A stretch of 61,997 nt of DNA, filler included, from Nemertoderma westbladi (lineage: Eukaryota; Animalia; Xenacoelomorpha): NCBI GenBank assembly GCA_032718475.1. It is 3 parts of 3 records of this genome, joined end to end, with 100 filler letters (N's around TTAATTAATTAA, not from the genome) between each part and the next. Parts side by side here need not be neighbours in the genome. Positions count along the whole stretch, not along the records: positions 34,443 to 61,997 come from JAUCBJ010002893.1; 2 more parts are not named here. The stretch is one strand, 5' to 3'. The position numbers and the translations under genes are program-made. Positions 39,767 through 50,791 of the stretch are shown here, piece after piece (within the stretch, counting starts at the first letter, position 1; every line of letters begins with the position of its first letter). Below the pieces are notes generated by a model. The model was given only the letters and a program-made list of their open reading frames with translations, was not told the origin of the DNA and did no database searches.

Positions 39767-40879
39767 GTGGTAAGTAGAGTTTCCCCTACTGAACAGTAGG
39801 GGAAAATATATAATAAATTATTGTTTTACATTCCTTCTCCCCTCCATGCCATGTAGCTTACCATTCATTCTCCCATTTTTGATGTATTTTGATCAACCAT
39901 TTTTGCTTCTCATCTACATTTGAATTGGAGATGGAGTCTATGGGAGAATATAGATACTTTAGGATGGATAATTTCGGTAGAATAAAGTGATTGACACAAA
40001 ACCCTTTTACCAAGATAACAAATTGAACAGAACATTACTTTAGTTCATTTTAATAGTACGGTAGTAATAACTGTGCTTAGTTTTAATTTATACTGTAGGC
40101 CTATGTACTGTATAACTGTAGAATGTCAACTCTCGGTAAGGGCCTTGAGCATGGACAGTTTCTCTCCCTCGCTCATTTGTGTGCTCTTTGTTTCTATTCT
40201 CTTTATGTTAATATCTCTTATGTGTTAATATCTGTTTTTAATATCGAGTTATAAATTAATAAATACTGACTAGATGAATCACCCGTATTGGAAATCAGTA
40301 CAGTAAGGATTCCAAGTTATTACGGACAGCAGTAGAGCATGTGCTGCTTTATGTAAATTCTTGATCTTGAGAGGTCCTTACTGCAGAATTATTGACACCA
40401 AATACAAGATCCCTTGATAAATACCTCCAAAAGGTTGCTCAAAGGGTTTAAGGTATATCTAAAATGATCACTTATCACTTAACAGACGAGACAATGAACA
40501 ACCTCAGTAAGCTATAGCAACTAAACAGTACCACCCTGTAAACACAATGGATAAGTAGTGGCGGTCACTGCTCTTGTATATCAGATCTTACTGTAGCTGA
40601 TATTGATATTTGAAGATAGCTTCTGAGATGAAACGTGAAGAATTAACTTCTGTTATACTGAAATATCCAGAATAGGGCCTTCGTTGGTTTTAGCGATATA
40701 GCCTTACCGATTAGGATCTTTATTCCCATAACCTACAGACTATATTACTTTAGGTCTACGATGTTATCCTTATATAATGTATACAGTACTTCAGTATATT
40801 GTTAATGTTTAGTATGTTCGTGTGTCTGAGTCTGTACTCACAGGATGTGACCATTCTTGATATCTCAATTGCTGAAGTC

Positions 40880-41265
40880 ATGACTGGATGCAATGAGCAT
40901 CAAGTCCAATCGTGCCCGCGGAGTAGATGTGTCCCCTTGCCTGAGGTCTTTAAAATACGAGAGTGTTTGGAGCTCATTCATCCCATAATCATAGATATGT
41001 ACAGGACCAAGAGAGTACCACAAGAAATGATAACAAATCAGTTGATCCCTGCCCCCAAGAAGGGCCACTTAACTCTATGGATATTTTCGTCCAATCTACT
41101 ATAGTTGATCTGTATTGCTGCAAAGCTATACAGAATTATGTTGAATTCCATCAGAGATCCTGTTTCGAGAGACTGTTAACATGACTTGCGTAAAGGTCGT
41201 GGAGACCATTATGGCGCTTAGAAACATAATTGAGAATTATCAACAGGGAAAGACAGACATTTTTC
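40880..41265 (+). mobile_element. Degenerate RTE RT fragment
   Basis: PEVFKIRECLELIHPIIIDMY...IPAPKKG...AAKLY is homologous to the split RTE at 34443-38600. Confidence 0.7.
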
Positions 41266-41618
41266 TACGCTCAGCATACTCAAAGCGGCTTTTTGTTTAA
41301 TATTTCCTGCTGGCAAGTTAAGAGAGAAGCGAGTTCCAAATGCTGCTTATTGTTACATTAAAGTACATGCGGGGGGGGGGGGGGGGGGTGGTTTGTAAAA
41401 AACCCAAGCGAAGCAGCGGAGTGGACATTTTTAAATATTGAAAAAAATGTTAGAACATTTTAATTTAAATGTGGTGGCATGTCTGGCTCTAAAGTGGACT
41501 GATCAGATAGCGGCGCAAATGGGTTACGATAGATTTGTAATCAAATGTCTGAATACAGAATATAGGGCCTACGCCACTATCTGGGTGTTATGTTACTGTG
41601 TTATTTATATAGCAGGCC

Positions 41619-43864
41619 CAAGGACTACTATACTACAGGACTGGCACACCCCTTCATCCGACTTCGCTAGCGAAGTCCATTGGTTTGGTATTGCTTTATA
41701 CTGTTATAGACATTGTTATCAAAGGATTTGTATGAAATTTAGTACACAATCGTAATTATTAGTAACATAATAAATTTTGGTGTCAAGAAATAAAGGACGA
41801 GCGCAGCGAGGCTTGTAACAAAGGGGACGACGAGTGTTGTGTACTAACTATTCATTATAGTCTAGAACAATCGTGTTGAGTTAGTACATTGTGCGACATA
41901 AAAAACGATGTGAACAGTACCCCTATTGGTAGGGGAATGTTGTTACACAGATGATATCGGATTCAACTAACGGTATATTTGTCTCACCCCACAATACAGC
42001 AATATACATGGACCTCCCTCTCTCTATATTCTTTATCTCTGGTCATTTACTATCCTAAGTCAAGCCAGGTTCCAGGTACCACCCCCCCCCCCCCCCCCCC
42101 CCCCCCAACTGCCTTTCTGATATTATTACTTTATAGGGCTATTATTATTAGGTACTTTATATTACTATTAGGTACTTACTTTATATTACTATTAGGTACT
42201 TACTTTATATTACTAGTAGGTACTCTGTGTTATTACTTTATTATTTATTACGATAGCGGTTCTAATGAAAGCGATATTTAATTCCAAAGACGAAAAATAT
42301 AGCCAACAGAGTTGGTTGAATATTGCTAAATAGGTATTTTTAACGGCTTGTTGTAGCAAATAATTTGAAAAAAAAGATATTGAAATTATTAATTAATAAA
42401 TTGATTAAGTATCAATCCCGAATATTAAACATAAACCGGAAAATTAAACGAGTGACTCCCCTGTAGACTCATCTATATATCTCAGTTTTTATGAGTCTCT
42501 CCGGGCGCGGACTCAACGTGTGACCCCCTGTAGAGAAATATCTCAGTTTTTATGAGTCTCTCCGGGCGCGGACTCAACGTGTGACCCCCTGTAGAGAAAT
42601 ATCTCAGTTTTTATGAGTCTCTCCTGGTTCGGACTCAACGTGTGACACCCTGTAGAGAAATATCTCAGTTCACAGTTTGACGTGATACGAAACGATATCA
42701 TATTTCGGCCTGGTATACAATAATATTTATTTATTTTGTCCACTTCCCGTTATTCGGAGGAATTTAATTTACTAATTTAGTTTGTGCGGCTGTATCGCCA
42801 GAATGCGAGTCGCGCCGTTTCTGCCTATCCGTTTCTTCCATAGATCGCTTTTGTACTCCATTAAGAAGGGTGTTTGCTAGGATACGGCAAGCAGCTATTG
42901 GTGGCAGTGGGGAGATACCGGTACCGTAATAGACCGCAATCATGTGCACTACTTGAGTTAGTTGTTTGTAGCACCGTATAGTTCCATTAGGTAAAGCATC
43001 CACCCACGCAGCCGACACTGGACACCATGGTCCATCATAAGAGGTGATGAGGCATGAGGAGCAAGTTGTAATCCACCACGAGTTAGGGCTTGGGTAAATA
43101 AATATATTATCCTCCTCTAAAATATCACCTGTGATGTCTAACTCTGGGATTACCTTTACCAGGGCAGGAATCCTGCAACGTAAGTTGCTTCTTTGACAAA
43201 AGTGAAACCTGCATATTCGTCGTTATGGAATAAGAAAAGCAATAGGCTACTTGGAACTCCGATCGCTTCACAAAAATGTCAGTATCGCGACCGTATCCTG
43301 CGATTCCCTTTAGTCACTTAAAAACAACGGGTTCAGTCAGCTGCAAAAAGCCCCCAATTAAATCTCGCTCATTGAGCAACTGCTGAACTGAAGTTAGCAT
43401 TCCGCAATGAGAGGGAGTTCTCGTGGAGTGGGGGGTCGCGGTGGAACACACGATAAGGGAAGTAGAATGGAGGCATTGTTGGTCACAAGGAACCGCCAGG
43501 GACTTTCTTGTGCGGAATTCCCGCGGCTGCGCGGGACACTCTGGCCAATGTCAGAATGTTGAATACAAATGACGGCAGTGCTTCCATAACTTAAACGGAG
43601 AGCCGTCATCTGCCTGCACTGCGTCGTGGTAGCGCGGCGATCCACTGATCTCATTCGGCACCGACAGGAGGAAGTTTCACTGCGCGAACGTTCAGTAAAC
43701 TGCAGAACTGTCTAGCTGTCTGTTTGTAGGTTAAGTATACTGGTATAATAAATCATTCTACGGTAGCAGTACAGCTTACAGCAGTACTGCAGTATGAAAT
43801 GAATGGACTTCGCTAGCGAAGTCGGATCAGGCAGTATGCCAGTCCTGTAGTATAGTAGTCCTTG
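41619..43864 (-). mobile_element. Internally deleted P-superfamily DNA transposon
   Basis: TIRs caaggactactatactacaggactggca...gacttcgctagcgaagtccatt (~60 bp, imperfect). 8-bp TSD agcaggcc at 41611-41618 and 43865-43872. Disrupted minus-strand motifs ATYVAGFL, LTRGGL, CRILAN at ~42800-43200 resemble P-transposase C-termini. Confidence 0.8.
42452..42670. repeat. 61-bp minisatellite, ~3.5 copies
   Basis: ctcagtt starts at 42481, 42542, 42603 and 42664. Confidence 0.9.
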
Positions 43865-43980
43865 AGCAGGCCTAATTACCGCTAGGCCCCTATCATATAT
43901 ACATGATACTGTGTTATACCTGTATACTGATACTGTGATGTAGGCCTACTAATTAATATGTAATATAACAGAAATTATAA

Positions 43981-44559
43981 ATGTCTGCGACGAGTGTGAG
44001 TTCAAAGAAAGTGATTCTCCTGGATCCCGTGTTGTCTAACTCTTTATCGTTGGGTAAAGGATCTGTTCAAGAGATCGGTCACCATGCAGTCTGGTCGCTG
44101 TCCTCATGTAAACCGGGCTACGGCGTAGACCAACTGCGGGACCAGACGTTGGAGACGTACTGGCAGAGCGACGGACCCCAACCACATCTAGTAAACGTGC
44201 AGTTCCGTCGGAAGACAACCATCTCCGAGGTCGCCATCTACGCGGACTTTAAGCTGGACGAGTCGTACACGCCGAGTAAACTGTCCGTGCGAGCCGGCAA
44301 CCACTTCCACGACCTCCACGAGATGGAACAACGGACACTGAGCGAACCGTGCGGATGGGTGAGAATCCCGTTGAAGAGCAGTCGGGATGGAGTCGTCAAG
44401 GCGTTTATGTTACAGATAGCGGTGCTGGCCAACCACCAGAACGGGAGAGACACCCACATCCGACAGATTCGTGTTTACTCGCCGACTGCTAAACTGAGCG
44501 ACCAGGGATTGAACGCGTTCTCTACAGTGGACATGAGGATGCTAACAGTGCTGCGTTGA
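43981..44559 (+). CDS. ANAPC10: Anaphase-promoting complex subunit 10 (Doc1), single coding exon
   Basis: EIGHHAVWSLSSCKPGYGVDQLRD...ETYWQSDGPQPH...DESYTP...NHQNGRDTHIRQI. Ends in an IR-tail-like LR. Intact 192 aa. Confidence 0.97.
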   Translation: MSATSVSSKKVILLDPVLSNSLSLGKGSVQEIGHHAVWSLSSCKPGYGVDQLRDQTLETYWQSDGPQPHLVNVQFRRKTTISEVAIYADFKLDESYTPSKLSVRAGNHFHDLHEMEQRTLSEPCGWVRIPLKSSRDGVVKAFMLQIAVLANHQNGRDTHIRQIRVYSPTAKLSDQGLNAFSTVDMRMLTVLR

Positions 44560-45518
44560 TCGATTTGTTTTTCTCTCAGTACCTACTGGGTTCTTTACTG
44601 CTTCCTGTTTACCACGGACGCTACTATCATCGGGAATTGAGTTTTACGGGCCATAATCTACCACGGTGTTGATTCACCTACTCTACAACTACAACTCTTA
44701 TACGGGACAAGTTGTGAATTATTATAGAGAGTTTAGCATAGCGTGCGAGAACATCTTTATGAAACTGAAAATTATTGGTAAAGAGGAATTAATTTTACTT
44801 CAATGCTCTTTCGGCACCCAAATCCTCTCTCCCCAACACCAGTAATTGCAGTTGTAAGAGATCCGTTTCTTATGTAGTTTGTCGGATTTATTGTAGACAC
44901 TCATTATTATAACGCTTTCCAAAGAGATATAATAGGTAACAATCGGTGAATCATTAGTTTACCTTCTCTAGGATAAAACGTTATCTCAACAAAGACTACT
45001 TGGAAATCCTTATCGACGCATTTATTTTAACAAAATTGACGCCAACAACCCCTACCCATGCACTTCCAACGTGACGTGTAACGTGACCACATCACTGGGT
45101 CCCCATTGTTATTTAATGGAACGGCTATGGCAATAGTTGCACCACCTAGATCTGAGGTCTAGTAAAAAAGAAACTAAGAATTCGTTATTACATAGGTATT
45201 GTATTGAGTGATTGTATTAATTATGTGGCTAATTCATTTTTTCGAGATAAAGCGTTTTAATATTATAACAATATTATATTATAATATTAGTTGTACACAA
45301 AATAAAGTGGTTTATTTACCGTTCGTTACCGAGATAGCTTATTTACGGGGCTAGTACAGCGAGTGACGTCACCACGTAGATAAAGGGACCAGAAGGTAAA
45401 TAATAACCATATATTCGATTTAAATTTTTTAAATATTTTATTCCACAAAATGTAATTTTTAACCGATTTATAACAGTCGTTTTAGGTATAAGATTGAATT
45501 TTATACCCATAAATACTG

Positions 45519-47196
45519 ATATGGGATACAAGGAATACATGGGATACAAGGAATACATGGGATACAAGGAATACATGGGATACAAGGAATACATGGGATA
45601 CAAGGAATACATGGGATACAAGGAATACATGGGATACAAGGAATACATGGGATACAAGGAATACATGGGATACAAAGAATACATGGGATACAAGGAATAC
45701 ATGGGATACAAGGAATACATGGGATACAAGGAATACATGGGATACAAGGAATACATGGAATACAAGGAATACATGGGATACAAGGAATACATGGGATACA
45801 AGGAATACATGGGATACAAGGAATACATGGGATACAAGGAATACATGGGATACAAGGAATACATGGGATACAAAGAATACATGGGATACATGGGATACAA
45901 GGAATACATGGGATACAAGGAATACATGGGATACAAGGAATACATGGGATACAAGGAATACATGGGATACAAGGAATACATGGGATACAAGGAATACATG
46001 GGATACAAAGAATACATGGGATACAAGGAATACATGGGATACAAAGAATACATGGGATACAAGGAATACATGGGATACAAGGAATACATGGGATACAAGG
46101 AATACATGGGATACAAGGAATACATGGGATACAAGGAATACATGGGATACAAGGAATACATGGGATACAAGGAATACATGGGATACAAAGAATACATGGG
46201 ATACAAGGAATACATGGGATACAAGGAATACATGGGATACAAAGAATACATGGGATGCAAGGAATACATGGGATACAAGGAATACATGGGATACAAGGAA
46301 TACATGGGATACAAGGAATACATGGGATACAAGGAATACATGGGATACAAGGAATACATGGGATACAAGGAATACATGGGATACAAAGAATACATGGGAT
46401 ACAAGGAATACATGGGATACAAAGAATACATGGGATACAAGGAATACATGGGATACAAGGAATACATGGGATACAAGGAATACATGGGATACAAGGAATA
46501 CATGGGATACAAGGAATACATGGGATACAAGGAATACATGGGATACAAGGAATACATGGGATACAAGGAATATATGGGATACAAGGAATACATGGGATAC
46601 AAGGAATACATGGGATACAAGGAATACATGGGATACAAAGAATACATGGGATACAAGGAATACATGGGATACAAGGAATACATGGGATACAAGGAATACA
46701 TGGGATACAAAGAATACATGGGATACAAGGAATACATGGGATACAAGGAATACATGGGATACAAGGAATACATGGGATACAAGGAATACATGGGATACAA
46801 AGAATACATGGGATACAAGGAATACATGGGATACAAGGAATGCATGGGATACAAGGAATACATGGGATACAAAGAATACATGGGATACAAGGAATACATG
46901 GGATACAAGGAATACATGGGATACAAGGAATACATGGGATACAAAGAATACATGGGATACAAGGAATACATGGGATACAAGGAATACATGGGATACAATG
47001 AATACATGGGATACAAGGAATACATGGGATACAAGGAATACATGGGATACAAGGAATACATGGGATACAAGGAATACATGGGATACAAGGAATACATGGG
47101 ATACAATGGATACATGGGATACAAGGAATACATGGGATACAAGGAATACATGGGATACAATGGATATATGCGATACAATGGATATATGCGATACAA
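45519..47196. repeat. 18-bp satellite (atgggatacaaggaatac)n, ~1.7 kb
   Basis: Highly homogeneous tandem array built from two related 9-mers. Confidence 0.97.
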
Positions 47197-47232
47197 GTTA
47201 GAGAAAGTAAAAATGTTTTTATAAATATTTGC

Positions 47233-48013
47233 TACTTTGGGCGTAATGTCCTGATTCTATGTTTTTTGTTAGTTTGGGGGGTATAAGACTCTTAGGCTCT
47301 AACAATTAGATTTTATATATATACCAGGCCCCCCTTTAGTCAGTATGGCGGTAAATTAGATTATCATATTATTATGGAATGTAGAGCAGAATTCCGACAT
47401 TCACTGCAAATTATTAAAATCTAATATATTTTTTATACTGTGTTCGCCCCAGCAACCTACCAGTACTTTCCCATTGGTATCACTGATTTATTTACTGTAT
47501 AGGGTTCCAATGTTCTGTTGGTCTGATGTCTGTTTGGGATAGGTGGTAACAGAGTTCATGGTGCGATTTCTTTTGGTCATTGGTGCAATAAAGATAGGCC
47601 TTGGGTAATCCTTTGTCCAGCTGACGAGGTGTCGAGATTACCGCGTACTGGGTCTCAGACACCTAAACGCAACCATATTTTTGATAAAATTAATTATTTT
47701 TGCCCCAGTCCTACACCTTTACGGCGACAAAATGTCATATATTTTTCCATAGAATATAGGCTTAGCTTTTGTGCAGTTTACTACCGGTATCATTTAGTGT
47801 ATGGCGGTTAGGTTAGGGTTAGGGTGCGATACATACACCTGTATGTTGAGCATGGTTTAATATATTTGTTTTTTGTTTATGTCATTTTTGTTTGTATTGT
47901 TTGTTTTTTGATGGCCTTAGGGCTGAGTACTATACTTTGGGCGTAATGTCCTGATTCTATGTTTTTTGTTAGTTTGGGGGGTATAAGACTCTAGGCTCTT
48001 ACAATTAGATTTT
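47233..48013 (+). mobile_element. Diverged copy of the ~690-bp unit family (1.1 units, ~80-bp terminal direct repeat)
   Basis: 47233-47313 is repeated at 47933-48013 (period 700). Collinear with the reverse complement of the 684-bp unit but starts at a different phase. Confidence 0.8.
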
Positions 48014-48789
48014 CTAAATATGGGGGATATATTTGTCTGGAAATACATTCATTGTATGGATTATACAACAGCACTGACCGGAAGTCCGACTCCAGTTATG
48101 GTATATGTCGAAGCGGTATGTTAGCGACTTACAGGAATTATTGGTTAATTAAGTGTTGAAACTTAGCCATTCTTTATTAATGAGTATCACCGTTCACAGT
48201 TCCCGTATTACAATCCTCGCTGGCGCACCCATTTAAATGTAAGACTAGAAAGTAGTTATAAAGAATTTACAACCTCTTATTGGCTAGCCCTAGGCACATA
48301 ACAAACAACCTTATATTAATTTATCATGGAAGCAGAAGGAGCCAGACAGGAAAGTATTTATAGAGCCTGTGTTGGTAAAGAATTATTAGCAGCTCTTTAC
48401 CCAATAGGAGCAAAGCCTTGGACAAGAGCTCAATTAGGATAACCCAGGGATGTAACCGTAGCAACAGTGTGAGCGACATTCCATATACATAGTAATAAAC
48501 ATTCCTGGGAATTATTCTTCACCCATCTTATTTAAATGAATAGCTATAATTATCATCTGCGTTCTTGTTCGACTTATAATGTGAAACAAGAAAGGAACAA
48601 TTAGTTATAATTTATCAGGTCGGTGATAGAGGTAAAGATAATTTATTGTACTATTAATTATACTGTAGGGGTGTAGGTACTAACAACACCGTAAACCCGT
48701 TCGATAGGCCCCCTTAGTGTTTTATACGATAATAACGATCACGTTGATATTATTTTAATGCGTTCTATTTTGTGCCACGTGGTACATAA

Positions 48790-49880
48790 GGTAGATATTT
48801 TGTACCATAGTACATAAGCTATATATACCATAGTACAGTAGGTATAGGTTTTGTACCATGTTACATGACGTAGATGTTTTGTACCATAGTACAGTAGGTA
48901 GATGTTTTGGACCATGGTACAGTAGGTAGATGTTTTGTACCATGGTACAGTAGGTAGATGTTTTGTACCATAGTACAGTAGGCATATGTTTTGTACCACG
49001 TAGGTAGATGTTTTGTACCATAGTACAGTAGGCAGATGTTTTGTACCATAGTACAGTAGATAGATGTTTTGTACCATGGTACAGTAGGTAGATGTTTTGT
49101 ACCATAGTACAGTAGGTAGATGATTTGTACCATAGTACAGTAGGTAGATATTTTGTACCATAGTACAGTAGGTAGATGTTTTGTACCATGGTACAGTAGG
49201 TAGATGTTTTGTACCATAGTACAGTAGGTAGATGTTTTGTACCATAGTACAGTAGGTAGATGTTTTGTACCATGATACAGTAGGTAGATGTTTTGTACCA
49301 TAGTACAGTAGGTAGATGTTTTGTACCATAGTACAGTAGGTAGATGTTTTGTACCATAGTACAGTAGGTAGGTAGATGTTTTGTACCATAGTACAGTAGG
49401 TATATGTTTTGTACCATAGTACAGTAGGTAGATGTTTTGTACCATGGTACAGTAGGTAGATGTTTTGTACCATAGTACAGTAGGTAGATGTTTTGTACCA
49501 TGATACAGTAGGTAGATGTTTTGTACCATAGTACAGTAGGTAGATGTTTTTGTACCATAGTACAGTAGGTAGATGTTTTGTACCATAGTACAGTAGGTAG
49601 GTAGATGTTTTGTACCATAGTACAGTAGGTATATGTTTTGTACCATAGTACAGTAGGTAGATGTTTTGTACCATAGTACAGTAGGTAGATGTTTTGTACC
49701 ATAGTACAGTAGGTAGGTAGATGTTTTGTACCATAGTACAGTAGGTATATGTTTTGTACCATAGTACAGTAGGTAGATGTTTTGTACCATAGTACAGTAG
49801 GTAGATGTTTTGTCCCGTAGTACAGTAGGTAGATGTTTTGTACCATGGTACAGTAGGTAGATGTTTTGTACTATAGTACA
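48790..49880. repeat. 28-bp satellite array 1
   Basis: Unit cagtaggtagatgttttgtaccatagta. Confidence 0.95.
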
Positions 49881-50109
49881 GAATGAATTTGTATGAATTG
49901 GTATGAATTTGTTCAAGCGAATTCATATCGATGAGAAGTTAGGTAAAGACGATTTAGAAGATAATTTATTGTACTATTAATTATACTGTAGGGGTGTAGG
50001 TACTAACAACACCGTAAACCCGTTCGATAGGCCCCCTTAGTGTTTTATACGATAATAACGATCACGTTGATATTATTTTAATGCGTTCTATTTTGTGCCA
50101 CGTGGTACA

Positions 50110-50791
50110 TAAGGTAGATATTTTGTACCATAGTACATAAGCTATATATACCATAGTACCATAGTATAGTAGGTAGATGTTTTGTACCATGGTACAGTAG
50201 GTAGATGTTTTGTACCATAGTACAGTAGGTATATGTTTTGTACCATGGTACAGTAGGTAGATGTTTTGTACCGTAGTACAGTAGGTAGATGTTTTGTACC
50301 ATGGTACAGTAGGTAGATGTTTTGTACCGTAGTACAGTAGGTAGATGTTTTGTACCATGGTACAGTAGGTAGATGTTTTGTACCATAGTACAGTAGGTAG
50401 ATGTTTTGTACCATGATACAGTAGGTAGATGTTTTGTACCATAGTACAGTAGGTAGATGTTTTGTACCATAGTACAGTAGGTAGATGTTTTGTACCATAG
50501 TACAGTAGGTAGGTAGATGTTTTGTACCATAGTACAGTAGGTATATGTTTTGTACCATAGTACAGTAGGTAGATGTTTTGTACCATAGTACAGTAGGTAG
50601 ATGTTTTGTACCATAGTACAGTAGATAGGTAGATGTTTTGTACCATAGTACAGTAGGTATATGTTTTGTACCATAGTACAGTAGGTAGATGTTTTGTACC
50701 ATAGTACAGTAGGTAGATGTTTTGTCCCGTAGTACAGTAGGTAGATGTTTTGTACCATGGTACAGTAGGTAGATGTTTTGTACTATAGTAC
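50110..50791. repeat. 28-bp satellite array 2
   Basis: Same unit. Its flanks duplicate those of array 1. Confidence 0.95.

Noticed and set aside
48214-48226. tcctcgctggcgc match to the HDV ribozyme L3/P3
   Set aside because: No upstream P3/P1/P2 partners, so it is a chance match.
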